Shown piece by piece: positions 48,769 through 58,713 of a stretch of DNA of 64,000 nt. The DNA is taken from positions 14,573-78,572 of IMG/VR virus record IMGVR_UViG_3300025727_000008; one strand, written 5' to 3'. This stretch comes from a virus. The position numbers and the translations under genes were made by a program. Within the stretch, counting starts at the first letter, position 1. Each line of letters opens with the position of its first letter. The notes under the pieces were generated by a model. It made no database searches. It saw nothing but the letters and a program-made list of their open reading frames with translations, and was not told where the DNA came from.

Positions 48769-49579
48769 GCCACTAATAGTTTTAGGCAATACTGCTATGG
48801 ATAAAATGAAAAGAGCAAGAAGTTTTGTTTCTGATAGTCCAATAGTAATGTATGCCAATGAGTTTAATATTGTAGACAATTATAGTATTCCTAAAGATAG
48901 AGGAATTATAATAGATGAGATGCACTTTAAACCAAATAATGATTTAATTAAAAAAACTATATTAGAATATGCAGGACAAGTAGTATTGATTTCTGATAGT
49001 AAAAAAGCAGTGTTGCCTACAATATATAATTTATGTGATATGAAAAGACCAACGGAAAAAATAGATGTGAAAAACATTTCACCAAGAGCAGATGAACCTG
49101 TTAATTATGAAGTAGATATGTTCACTTTAGCAAGAGAATATTTAACTAATAGAGATAGAGATGAAGTTGCATTAAAACTTAAGATAAATACACCAGCAGA
49201 TAATCAATTATTATCTTGGATTGTTCCTAATATAAACCCTAACAAAATAGCGTTTATAGATAATAATGTTAAAAGACGCTGGAACAGTTCATATTTTTAT
49301 GAGTTATTAGCATATTCTCATAATGGTAAACTAAGTGCTAAGATGGTTATGCCTACCAGAAGGAAATATTCTAAGTTAGGTAGTATCGCTAGTAGATTAG
49401 GATTAAGAAGGCATGAAACTTATTTGATTCAAGACCTTCTTAAAAATGAAGAATTTAAAAAATATGCTATGACTAAGTTAAATAATTCAGAATGTAGATT
49501 ATTAAAACTTGGTGAAAAGAAAGTTAGAAAAATAGATAATATTGTTTTACCTACTCCAACATTAGACAAGTGGTTATAA
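48728..49579 (+). CDS. Degenerate AAA+ protein, probable clamp-loader (RFC) large-subunit analogue
   Basis: Eroded Walker A (LGNTAMDK), Walker B IIIDE, C-terminal PIP-like PTLDKWL; near RFC small subunit. Confidence 0.5.
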   Translation: MSLIKISKEHMSSKPLIVLGNTAMDKMKRARSFVSDSPIVMYANEFNIVDNYSIPKDRGIIIDEMHFKPNNDLIKKTILEYAGQVVLISDSKKAVLPTIYNLCDMKRPTEKIDVKNISPRADEPVNYEVDMFTLAREYLTNRDRDEVALKLKINTPADNQLLSWIVPNINPNKIAFIDNNVKRRWNSSYFYELLAYSHNGKLSAKMVMPTRRKYSKLGSIASRLGLRRHETYLIQDLLKNEEFKKYAMTKLNNSECRLLKLGEKKVRKIDNIVLPTPTLDKWL

Positions 49580-49833
49580 TGGCAAGTCATAAAAAACACC
49601 AAGATAGAAAAAAGGCTCTAATAGAGTATGGAGAAAAACATATTAATACTACTCTAGATTTTAATGAGATAATGATATTCATTAACACTTATAAAAATAA
49701 TAGAGGTAGATTACATAGAAAGGTTAATACTAATAGACAAGTAATATATAATTTACTATTAGGAATGGATGAATTTAAAAAAGTAAAAAAAGGGTATTGG
49801 AAATATATACCTATTAAAAAAAATGAGGAATAA
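49570..49833 (+). CDS. Small basic HTH-like protein
   Basis: ORF track. Confidence 0.5.
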   Translation: MVIMASHKKHQDRKKALIEYGEKHINTTLDFNEIMIFINTYKNNRGRLHRKVNTNRQVIYNLLLGMDEFKKVKKGYWKYIPIKKNEE

Positions 49834-49835
49834 AA

Positions 49836-50756
49836 ATGAGTGAATTATGGACAGAAAAATATAGACCAACAAAACTTAGTGGGATTATAGGTCAAACTAA
49901 TTTTGTGTTGGATGCAGAACATTGGGTTTTGAATAAAGAAATGCCTAATGTTTTATTGTATGGTGTTGCAGGGGTTGGTAAAACAGCCGCCGCAATATCA
50001 TTAGCAAATGGGATATTAGGTAATGATAGGAAAAATAACTTCTTTGAGATTAATGCTTCTGATGATAGAAAGTTAGAAACAGTAAGAAATAAAATTAAAG
50101 AGATTGCTTCTACTAAAAGAATTGGTGATGTTCCATTCAAAATAATACTATTAGATGAAATGGATGGTATGACTAAAGATGCACAAAATGCATTGAAGAG
50201 AATCATGGAAAGATATTCTGATAATTGTAGATTTATTATTACTTGTAATGATAGATATAAAATTATTAATCCTCTAATGTCGAGGTGTGCTAATTATAAT
50301 TTCAAGCGACTTAATACTAAAGATATGAAATACATATTGACTGATATTCTGTTAAAAGAAGATGTTAAAACACATTCTGATGACCAATTAGATAAGTTTA
50401 TTACCTATTTGCAGGGTGATTTAAGACGAGGAATCAATGAATTACAGGCATCGTCAGCAAGCCAACGGACTCTTCAATATCAAATAGATATGAATATGAA
50501 ACCATACTCTGAAATTATAAAAATGATAAATGAAAATAAATATGAAAATGCTTTAGAGAAGGTTCACACTATGATTTATAATTCTACTGATATGAAAACC
50601 ATATGTATTAATTTACATACAACAGTGTTAGAAACTGAAAGTGATTTTAATTATAAATTTAAGATGCTTCGCATTATTGGTGAAGCAGAATGGAGAAGTG
50701 GAAACATGAATCCAAAAGTTTTAGCATCTTGGATGATAGGACAAATGATAAAATGA
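49836..50756 (+). CDS. rfcS: Replication factor C small subunit (clamp loader)
   Basis: LWTEKYRP, GVAGVGKT, EINASD, ILLDEMD, SRC, GDLRR. Confidence 0.95.
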   Translation: MSELWTEKYRPTKLSGIIGQTNFVLDAEHWVLNKEMPNVLLYGVAGVGKTAAAISLANGILGNDRKNNFFEINASDDRKLETVRNKIKEIASTKRIGDVPFKIILLDEMDGMTKDAQNALKRIMERYSDNCRFIITCNDRYKIINPLMSRCANYNFKRLNTKDMKYILTDILLKEDVKTHSDDQLDKFITYLQGDLRRGINELQASSASQRTLQYQIDMNMKPYSEIIKMINENKYENALEKVHTMIYNSTDMKTICINLHTTVLETESDFNYKFKMLRIIGEAEWRSGNMNPKVLASWMIGQMIK

Positions 50757-50835
50757 TAGAAATATTATTTATATTTATAGGACTTAGAATATTGATTAAA
50801 ATGTTAGATAATAGTAATAGGAGTGGAAGAAGAAA

Positions 50836-51084
50836 ATGGTAAAGAGATTTTTGGACTTTAATAAAGATGGGGTTGTTGATAAAGAAGATTTCAACCATCT
50901 CATATTAAGATATGAGATAATTGTGATAGGTGGTATATTACTAATGGTATTACCTATACTAAACACATTAGGCTACATTAGTGTTGATTCAAACTTTTTC
51001 TGGATGTTGTGTGGATTAGTCATGACGGCAGAAGGATTAGTTGAAATAAAATATGAGCGAAAAAAGAGGAATGAAAATGAATGA
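50836..51084 (+). CDS. Two-TM protein with N-terminal EF-hand-like loop
   Basis: DFNKDGVVDKED followed by two hydrophobic helices. Confidence 0.65.
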   Translation: MVKRFLDFNKDGVVDKEDFNHLILRYEIIVIGGILLMVLPILNTLGYISVDSNFFWMLCGLVMTAEGLVEIKYERKKRNENE

Positions 51085-52306
51085 AGATATGAAAAATGAA
51101 ATAATGAAAGCAGCAGAAATTCTCGGTTTAACCGAGGAAGATGCAATGAGTAAGTTTGAGGACATTTGTGCCAAGAACAATCTTGATGTATCTAAAGAAC
51201 CCTTGTTAGCAAGAGGTCTTTGGCGACAGTATTTTAGTAGTGCGAGAAACATACTAACCCGCGAAAGCACAACAACTAACAACACAAACAATTCTTTTTA
51301 CAAGAAGGCGTTTGGTTTCTTTGTATCGCTAGATGAAGCCGTTGATATAATGGCGTTAGATAGAGATAGAGTAATGAAAGAATACAATAGAGATAGTGAT
51401 TTAACTTACTCTCTTGGTAAGGTAGCACTTTTTGCTGAATCAGAAGATGGAAAATACGAAGGAAGAATGATGAGGGATAATGAAGAAAGAAGTAAAGTTA
51501 TGGATGAATTACCTGAAAATAATGTAGTATTAGATAATGGACTATTTTTAGTTCCATTGAATACTAATGATGCAGAATGGAATAAAAAGAACTACGGTAA
51601 ACCTACAAAGGCTTCGGAGTGGAGAAAAACAGGAATATTTGTAGGAGAAGTTGATGGAAGAATGGGTGCTTTTGCCTTTAGTTATAAAGGTGAATCTTGT
51701 TTAACATTTACACCAACAACATTTGAGTGGGTTCATTTTGATTCATTCTTTATGAACGAAGATTATACAAGTATCTTTGGTGGTAAGTCTAGAACGATGG
51801 AATCATTAATTCTTAATGATGATTTAGAAGAAGAAGATGATAGAAAGCGTCAACCATTTGGTGAAGTTCAAGATATAATTATGGAATACTGCACTGAAAA
51901 TTACAGCCCATTAGTTGATTTAGAACAGGCTCATAGTAATGCGGCGGCAAGACCATACAAACAAAAATATGTTGTTACTGATGGAACTGTTACTAGTATT
52001 AATATGACTCCAACTAATAATGGTAATAGGATTATTAACATTGATGATTTAACAACCGAGTTTAATTTTGATAATGATGGTTTTACAGCAACTACTTGTT
52101 GGACACCTTCATCATTAGTAATTGATTTTGGTATTGGTTCTGAAGTTATAGTTGTAGGGCGCACTAGTCAGGGAACTGATGATGAAGGCGCATTAAGACC
52201 AGTAACAATTAATGTTAGTGGAATATATGTTATTAATGCTAGAGGCGGAAGCCCAGAATTAATTGAACATGTTGATTCAGAAGAAACCGATTGGTTCTTT
52301 GATTGA
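51053..52306 (+). CDS. OB-fold ssDNA-binding protein (RPA-like)
   Basis: C-terminal OB pattern (VTDGTVTSI...VIVVGRTSQ...INVSGIY), acidic/aromatic tail; within the replication cluster. Confidence 0.6.
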   Translation: MSEKRGMKMNEDMKNEIMKAAEILGLTEEDAMSKFEDICAKNNLDVSKEPLLARGLWRQYFSSARNILTRESTTTNNTNNSFYKKAFGFFVSLDEAVDIMALDRDRVMKEYNRDSDLTYSLGKVALFAESEDGKYEGRMMRDNEERSKVMDELPENNVVLDNGLFLVPLNTNDAEWNKKNYGKPTKASEWRKTGIFVGEVDGRMGAFAFSYKGESCLTFTPTTFEWVHFDSFFMNEDYTSIFGGKSRTMESLILNDDLEEEDDRKRQPFGEVQDIIMEYCTENYSPLVDLEQAHSNAAARPYKQKYVVTDGTVTSINMTPTNNGNRIINIDDLTTEFNFDNDGFTATTCWTPSSLVIDFGIGSEVIVVGRTSQGTDDEGALRPVTINVSGIYVINARGGSPELIEHVDSEETDWFFD

Positions 52307-52383
52307 TTTCGTAAAAGTGTAGTCATGCACGAATTGTTGGCTATTAGGGGTGCAACTCCCCTTAATTTAAAAGAGGAATAAAT

Positions 52384-52623
52384 ATGAAAGAATATGAAAT
52401 AATAGATAATAGAATTATTAAAGGTAATAGTTTTTGGTTCAATGTAACCAAAGTTGACTTTACTACAAGAAGAATGAATGATGAAACTGGGGAATATTGG
52501 GTTAAGTTCCATTTCCCTTCAGGAAAAGAAATAAGAATAAAAGTAGATAGAAAAGATTTAGATGAATTAACTTCTCCTTTCAATTTTAATAATAATGGTG
52601 ATGATAATGGTAATAACATATGA
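52384..52623 (+). CDS. Small beta-rich hypothetical protein
   Basis: ORF track; SD. Confidence 0.6.
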   Translation: MKEYEIIDNRIIKGNSFWFNVTKVDFTTRRMNDETGEYWVKFHFPSGKEIRIKVDRKDLDELTSPFNFNNNGDDNGNNI

Positions 52624-53446
52624 AGAAAGAAAACAACAAATAATACAACAGATAGTAGATAGAAGAAGCGCAGAGAAGGAATTCCTATTAGTAGGAATTA
52701 CAGGTAGACCTAAAGTTGGTAAGTCAGGTTTAGCAATGGATTGTAGAACTGAAGAAGAAATTAAGAACGGTATGAAAGTAAAGATACTAGACCTTGATGA
52801 TGGTTCTACTGCTACTTGGGATTCTGCTTGGGATAGAGATGAGAACATAGAAGTTTATGTTCCTAATGTTTGGAACAATGATGGTTCTATGAATTGGGAT
52901 GAAACTTTTCACAACTGTTCTACTTGGATTAAGATGGCTGAAGAAGATATTAAAGAAGGTAATATTAAAGCAGTTATTCTAGATGGTGTAGATAAAATCT
53001 ATGAAGGTTCTAGTGATGTATTAAGGAAATCATTAGTTAAGAATGCAGCAAGAAGTGGTTCTGTAATACAAGATTCAGATACGGTGATGGTTAAACCATT
53101 AGATTGGAAAGTAAGAAATAATATCTATGATAGAATTATTAATCCATTTGTAGCACTAAGAGCAAATAGATTTCTAATTACACATATGAAACTTGTATAT
53201 GAAGGGATTGGCGCACCAATAGCAGTAGGAGAAACTCCTGATTGGTATAAGACAACACCACATAAATTACTACAAATAATAAATATAACCGAACAGAAAT
53301 TAGGAAATAAAACAACATACAAAGGAAAATTAGTTGCAAGTAAAACTAATTCCAATATGGTTGGTAAGAGTTGGCCTATCTTCGTATTAGAAGAATCGGG
53401 CAATGAATGGAATGGAATACCCGAATTAAAACAGGGTGAATTATAA
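52595..53446 (+). CDS. RecA-superfamily/AAA_24 (Sak4-like) ATPase
   Basis: GRPKVGKS, ILDLDDG, VILDG, LITH. Confidence 0.72.
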   Translation: MVMIMVITYEERKQQIIQQIVDRRSAEKEFLLVGITGRPKVGKSGLAMDCRTEEEIKNGMKVKILDLDDGSTATWDSAWDRDENIEVYVPNVWNNDGSMNWDETFHNCSTWIKMAEEDIKEGNIKAVILDGVDKIYEGSSDVLRKSLVKNAARSGSVIQDSDTVMVKPLDWKVRNNIYDRIINPFVALRANRFLITHMKLVYEGIGAPIAVGETPDWYKTTPHKLLQIINITEQKLGNKTTYKGKLVASKTNSNMVGKSWPIFVLEESGNEWNGIPELKQGEL

Positions 53447-53461
53447 TGGAGATAAATAACA

Positions 53462-54226
53462 ATGAAAATAATAATAGAGGCAAAGAGAATAAGTGAATTA
53501 ATAGAAAGTGTAGCATTGAAAGGAAGATACTTTAATGGTGCTGAATCTAAGAATGGAATGTTATCTGAGTGTGCATATTTAACATTAACAGATGGAAATT
53601 TAGATTTATGGAATGCAGATAACACAACTGTTTGTGGAATTAGAGAAGTATTAGAAATCACTCCTGATTTTGAAAATGGAGAAGTAGTTTTAGATATATT
53701 AAAAACAGTAAAATATCTTAAAGGATTTACTGGTGATGTTTTATTTGATGCGAGTGATTTCTTATGTATTTCTAATGAAGTATCTACTGCTACCCTACCA
53801 TTAGTAACAGAACATAGTCATAAGAATATGATTGATATGTTAATTGTTTTTAATGAAACTGTTAGAGATGTGAATGTAGTTTTCCCCACATTTAGAAAAA
53901 CTACATTTGAAACTAAAATACATCTTTTAGCATCAGACTTATCCTTATCAACAAAAGGATGTGATGTGATTAATACCGCTAGATATAAATTTGATTATAA
54001 TAATAGAGTGTTTACTATGTCTAGTATTAAAACTGATATTGATAAATATGAAACTGATGTTACTATGCTTACACAAGATGGTGATGAGTCTACTGTAGAA
54101 TTTACAGGTTTCTTTCATAGTTTCTTTAAAACAGTAGTGAATATATATCTTAAAGATGATTCACCTGTTTTGTTTGTATCACCTAATAGATTATTATTGA
54201 AAGCACCCTACATGGATAGGAGTTGA
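53462..54226 (+). CDS. DNA sliding clamp (PCNA-like)
   Basis: 254 aa, repeated beta-alpha-beta pattern, IYLKDDSPVLF and LLLKAP end; between RFC and PolB. Confidence 0.65.
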   Translation: MKIIIEAKRISELIESVALKGRYFNGAESKNGMLSECAYLTLTDGNLDLWNADNTTVCGIREVLEITPDFENGEVVLDILKTVKYLKGFTGDVLFDASDFLCISNEVSTATLPLVTEHSHKNMIDMLIVFNETVRDVNVVFPTFRKTTFETKIHLLASDLSLSTKGCDVINTARYKFDYNNRVFTMSSIKTDIDKYETDVTMLTQDGDESTVEFTGFFHSFFKTVVNIYLKDDSPVLFVSPNRLLLKAPYMDRS

Positions 54227-54230
54227 TTAA

Positions 54231-54482
54231 ATGAGTGCAAAGCAAGAATACACAGGATTTTACGAAACCGATTACATTTACTGTTGTGTAAATTACTCTT
54301 CCTGTGATGGGAGATACGATTCAGAACAGGAAGCGATAGAGTGTTGTTCCGTGTGTAGTGAGTGCGGCGATGCGTGGTATGAGTGCGTGGGACAATGCGA
54401 ATGGTGTGACGAGTGCTATACTCCCGAATGTAAGAACAGCCCCGACGGTGATGAACCCTGCCCCGAAAAGGAAGAGGAATAA
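54231..54482 (+). CDS. Acidic Cys-rich small protein (13 Cys in 83 aa)
   Basis: ORF track; locally higher GC. Confidence 0.55.
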   Translation: MSAKQEYTGFYETDYIYCCVNYSSCDGRYDSEQEAIECCSVCSECGDAWYECVGQCEWCDECYTPECKNSPDGDEPCPEKEEE

Positions 54483-54484
54483 AA

Positions 54485-56155
54485 ATGATAATCAATGAAA
54501 TAAAAAATGGAATAGGATTAAGGTGGAGAGAGAACGGTGAAGTTAAAGAAAAAATTGTTACTCTCAAAGAATTTCCGCATTACTTTTTTATTAAGGCTAC
54601 ATCTACTAGACATACTGATTTATTAATTAAAGATAACAATACTAGAGGGAAGTTTAAGATTGAGTTAAATTATGAAATGGGTGAATGGAAATCTCTTAAT
54701 GGTGATTTATTAGTTAAAGTAACTTGGGGAACTAAATCTCCTAATATAAAATATCAAATTAGAGAACAATTAGAAGAATTAGGTGTTGATACTTATGAAG
54801 CAGACATTCCACATCATTATCGTTATACTGTTGATTGTATTGATAAGATACCCGAATATAAAATGCGTAAGTGTTTTTGGGATATGGAATGGCAAATAGG
54901 TGGTGAACATGATGGTAAGATTACATGTATAGTTGCTTATGATAACTACGATAGTAAGTACAATACTTTTGTTTGGTTTCCTACTGGAACAGTGTTAGCA
55001 CATATTAAGAATGTTAATATATTTACATCAGAAGAAGATATGTTAAATGCATTCTTAGAATATATTGTTAATAAAAGACCCGACATGTTAATTTCTTGGT
55101 TCGGATGGAAGTTCGACTTACCTAAATTAATAGAAAGGAATACTGTTTATAATATTGATTCTAGATTACTGTCGCCATATAATGAAGTTAGAGGTGTTTC
55201 TTGGAGTGAAGATAAAGTTAAAATCTATCCTAAACATATACATGATTCTTCACCTGTGTCGCAACCAATAAAAGGTTTAATTACAGTAGCATTAGATTTA
55301 GTATTTGAAAGACAATGGAACGATGCACAACGAGGAACATTACCTTCTATGGCTTTGGATTATATTTCTGAAACTGTTTTAGGAGATAATAAATTAGTTA
55401 GTGAAAAGTTTCCTGATAAAATTGAGTTCTTTAGAAGGGCATGGTTAGAAGATACTGAAACATATTTAGAATATGCTTTGAAAGATGTAGAACTTATTAA
55501 AAGGATTGATGAAGAAAACCATTGTATTGATTCAGTATTAGCACTACAAAAATTACTAATCGCACCCTTTGATGCTTGCTTCTATGCAAGTAATATGGGT
55601 GGAATATATTTCATGCGTAATGCTTCTTGGAAAGCACCGACAGGTAAGAAAGGAGAACGTGTTAATTATGAAGGGGCTATGATATACAATCCTTTGACTG
55701 AAGGCACAAATGGACTTCATCATAATGTAGCGGCATTTGATTTTGCTTCTCTTTATCCATCAATGATAATTTCACGGAATATTTCTTGGGAATCTAAATC
55801 TGCAACTCCTACTGAGTTCGCAGTTAACTTAGCAATACCTAGAGATTTTAGTGAAGTTAAAGAAGAGAAAATGCTTTACTACAAGACCAATGAATTAGGT
55901 TTGTTACCTAAATCTTTAATTGAACTTAAAGCATTAAGAAACGAATACAAAAAGAATATGAAAGAAGCATCAACCAAAGATGGTAAGATTAAATGGAACA
56001 ATAATCAAATGGCTGTAAAAAGGCTGATGGCATCTTTCTATGGGATAACGGCGTATCAAGGGTTTGGTTGGGCTGATATAGACTTAGCCGCTAGTATTAC
56101 TGCTAGTGCTAGAGAAGCAATTAGAGCCGCAGCATTTAAGGTGAGAGAATTATGA
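54485..56155 (+). CDS. polB: Family B DNA polymerase, N-terminal part (exonuclease plus motifs A and B)
   Basis: FWDMEW, FDLPKL, YALKD; FDFASLYPS; KRLMASFYG. Confidence 0.92.
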   Translation: MIINEIKNGIGLRWRENGEVKEKIVTLKEFPHYFFIKATSTRHTDLLIKDNNTRGKFKIELNYEMGEWKSLNGDLLVKVTWGTKSPNIKYQIREQLEELGVDTYEADIPHHYRYTVDCIDKIPEYKMRKCFWDMEWQIGGEHDGKITCIVAYDNYDSKYNTFVWFPTGTVLAHIKNVNIFTSEEDMLNAFLEYIVNKRPDMLISWFGWKFDLPKLIERNTVYNIDSRLLSPYNEVRGVSWSEDKVKIYPKHIHDSSPVSQPIKGLITVALDLVFERQWNDAQRGTLPSMALDYISETVLGDNKLVSEKFPDKIEFFRRAWLEDTETYLEYALKDVELIKRIDEENHCIDSVLALQKLLIAPFDACFYASNMGGIYFMRNASWKAPTGKKGERVNYEGAMIYNPLTEGTNGLHHNVAAFDFASLYPSMIISRNISWESKSATPTEFAVNLAIPRDFSEVKEEKMLYYKTNELGLLPKSLIELKALRNEYKKNMKEASTKDGKIKWNNNQMAVKRLMASFYGITAYQGFGWADIDLAASITASAREAIRAAAFKVREL

Positions 56156-56167
56156 TGAGGAATATAA

Positions 56168-56257
56168 ATGAAATGTAGAAAAAATAAATGTAATAATTTA
56201 ATATTACCAAACCATAAGTTATGTTTTTATCATATTTTTTGGGGGGATGAAGAATGA
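56168..56257 (+). CDS. 29-aa CCCH-type peptide MKCRKNKCNNLILPNHKLCFYHIFWGDEE (missing from the track)
   Basis: GAGGAA SD; ATGA-coupled to the next gene. Confidence 0.45.
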   Translation: MKCRKNKCNNLILPNHKLCFYHIFWGDEE

Positions 56258-56544
56258 GTAAGATAGAAGATGAAGTATGTGAGAAAATTCAGAATAGAGC
56301 AGAACAAGCAAGGGTGGAAAAACCCTGTCCTAAATGTGGTCATGCTAATTTAAAATATAACAATAAGACTATGGAACGAAATGACTTATCTAATGAAGAG
56401 TGGTTAATTCATGCACAAGAAGAGGCTATGGATTTAGCGGTGTATTTACAGAAGTTAATCACTACACAAATACCTTCTAACTCAACACAAGAACTTGAAT
56501 CAATAAGAAAAGAATATATTAAATCAAAGAGGGATTTCAAATGA
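56254..56544 (+). CDS. Phage MazG-like/all-alpha NTP pyrophosphohydrolase-like protein between the polB halves
   Basis: KY..TMERNDL...WLIHAQEEAMDLAVYL (EExxD). Confidence 0.5.
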   Translation: MSKIEDEVCEKIQNRAEQARVEKPCPKCGHANLKYNNKTMERNDLSNEEWLIHAQEEAMDLAVYLQKLITTQIPSNSTQELESIRKEYIKSKRDFK

Positions 56545-57467
56545 AAGTAGTTTACGGACACACTGATTCTATTTATGTTAAATGTGATGATATAGTAAAA
56601 GCAAAAGAAGTTTGTAATGAGGTTAACGATTATGTAAGAACTTTCTTTCCTAATATATTAGGATTAGAAGAACATCCTGTAACCTTAGAGTTTGAAAAGT
56701 ATTACAAATCATTAGGAGTAGGTGCTACCAAAAATAGAAATGCTGGATTAATAACTTGGAAAGACGGAGAATATCTTGAAGAAGATGAATTTGTCCTTAC
56801 TGGTTTTTCTGCTAAGAGAGTTGCACAAACTAAATTAGCAAAAGAAACACAATTAAAGATTCTTAAAATGTGGGTTGATGGTGATAGTGAAGAAGTAATT
56901 ACAGATTATTTACATGAACTATTCGTTAATGTGCTTAGTGGTAATATAGAATTATCAATGTTAATTAACAGAAGCAGATACAAAGAAGAGAGATTTAAAG
57001 TTAGATGTATGGGAGAATGTAAGAAAATGAAATGGGGAAAAATACTTACATTATCAGAAATTATTAAGAATATTGTAAAACATAGAACTAATTTTTCAAG
57101 TGATGATTGGAAGTGTTGTAATAGTCCTAACTTAAGAACAACCCAAAATAAAAGACCTGTAATTGGTTCAGGTATTGAAGGGGTTTTGTATTATAATTCT
57201 ATTAATACAATTCCTATTGATGATTCATATTTATACATGAAAATTAAAGATGTTAATGATACTTATATTCATCCCTTAACCCAAAAAGACACTGTGCCTT
57301 CTTGGGTTGCAGGTAAACAAGAAAAAGAATTACTTGAATTTACTCCTGATTATTTGCATTATGCCTATCAAGTTGTTAGTAAAGCAGAACCTATTTACAA
57401 AGCAATGGAATGGGATGTAAATAATATTATAAGAAGTAGGCATCAAGATTTGGAGGATTGGTTTTGA
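56541..57467 (+). CDS. polB: Family B DNA polymerase, C-terminal part (motif C, thumb, PIP-like end)
   Basis: YGHTDS, LEFEKYY, KNRNAG, C-terminal QDLEDWF. Confidence 0.9.
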   Translation: MKVVYGHTDSIYVKCDDIVKAKEVCNEVNDYVRTFFPNILGLEEHPVTLEFEKYYKSLGVGATKNRNAGLITWKDGEYLEEDEFVLTGFSAKRVAQTKLAKETQLKILKMWVDGDSEEVITDYLHELFVNVLSGNIELSMLINRSRYKEERFKVRCMGECKKMKWGKILTLSEIIKNIVKHRTNFSSDDWKCCNSPNLRTTQNKRPVIGSGIEGVLYYNSINTIPIDDSYLYMKIKDVNDTYIHPLTQKDTVPSWVAGKQEKELLEFTPDYLHYAYQVVSKAEPIYKAMEWDVNNIIRSRHQDLEDWF

Positions 57468-57820
57468 AACTATCTTGGTCTATGCAAAGAAGAGTAGATA
57501 GATGGAAGATTAAATATGATAAATTAATTAAATTAGTTATTAAAATTAAAAAGAAAATAAAAAAAATAAATAAAAAGGGAGTTAATAAAATGAATAAAAA
57601 TAAAAAGTTATTACAATCAGATAAAACAATATTATTTGAAGAATATTCTAATGAGTATATAGGATTAACAATAGAAAAAGACACAATTAGTTTGATTAAT
57701 AGTCCACCACTTACTTTACCTGTATCTAAACATCATAGAAAATGTGAATGTGATATATGTATAGAAATGTTAATAGGAAATTTAGCATATCAATTTGATA
57801 AGGAGAATGATGAGGAATGA
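57458..57820 (+). CDS. Hypothetical protein (true start probably internal)
   Basis: ORF track; CECDIC. Confidence 0.45.
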   Translation: MVLKLSWSMQRRVDRWKIKYDKLIKLVIKIKKKIKKINKKGVNKMNKNKKLLQSDKTILFEEYSNEYIGLTIEKDTISLINSPPLTLPVSKHHRKCECDICIEMLIGNLAYQFDKENDEE

Positions 57821-58713
57821 AAATACAGAAAAAAGATGGATTTGAAAGAGAATTTACATACCAATGGAATGCTAAATGGAAAGAAGATGATATTAGTAAG
57901 CCCATTTTGAAGTTAACAAAATCCTCATTAGGTTCTTATGATTGGTGTCCTAAAAAATATCAATTTAACTACATGGAAGGGAAACCACAAGATACTTCTG
58001 AAGCAATGCACAATGGAACTTTGGTTCACAATGCCTTAGAAGAGTTTTATAATGTTTTTGATATTAAGAAAGCAGAAACAATGGATGTTGCTGAAGTAAC
58101 TGAATATTGTTTTAGTTTATTTCCAATAGATAATATGTCTGAAATGTATGAAACATTATCTATTAATGAAGCACAACGTTTTATGGTTGCTAAAGAAGAT
58201 AAGACATTAGAAATGTTTTTGCCTGTGATTAATGAAGTTTGTTTAAATGCACAAATAGTTATTAATCGAGCAGATTTTCCTAAGTTCCCCTTAAAAAGAG
58301 ATTACACTGTGCATTTACAAGGGATTATTGATAGGATGTTTGTAGATAAAACAGGATATATCCCTATGGAGTTAAAAACTGGTGCTTGGAAAGAATACAA
58401 GAAAACTTCTATGAGAAAGGAAATGGCTTATTATAAATTATTATTCGATAATTGTCCGATAGAACAATTAGAAGCAATAGGAATTAATAGAGATTTATCA
58501 ATAACTCATTGGGGTTGGAGATACCCTGCTTCAAATCATATATATGTAGAAGAACAAAAGAAAAGTAGCCATACAGCAGTTATGAGAAGTATAGCAAAAT
58601 TAATAAAAGCATATGAAGATGATTTATTCCCAACTAAATATAATGCTAGAACATGTTCGTTTTGTAGTTACTTAGATATTTGTGATGGTGGAGCAGACGA
58701 GGGGTGGTTATGA
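57817..58713 (+). CDS. Cas4-like PD-(D/E)xK exonuclease with Fe-S cysteines
   Basis: SSL..Y.WCPKKY, GTLVH, GIIDR, ELKTG, CSFCSYLDIC. Confidence 0.85.
   Translation: MKIQKKDGFEREFTYQWNAKWKEDDISKPILKLTKSSLGSYDWCPKKYQFNYMEGKPQDTSEAMHNGTLVHNALEEFYNVFDIKKAETMDVAEVTEYCFSLFPIDNMSEMYETLSINEAQRFMVAKEDKTLEMFLPVINEVCLNAQIVINRADFPKFPLKRDYTVHLQGIIDRMFVDKTGYIPMELKTGAWKEYKKTSMRKEMAYYKLLFDNCPIEQLEAIGINRDLSITHWGWRYPASNHIYVEEQKKSSHTAVMRSIAKLIKAYEDDLFPTKYNARTCSFCSYLDICDGGADEGWL

Noticed and set aside
52306-52380. tRNA gene
   Set aside because: Only a T-arm-like hairpin; no acceptor stem, D-arm or anticodon arm could be built
56156-56540. Intein or self-splicing intron interrupting polB
   Set aside because: No C/S start or HN-C/S/T end, and no recognisable intron core; the gap is filled by two coupled ORFs with SD sites
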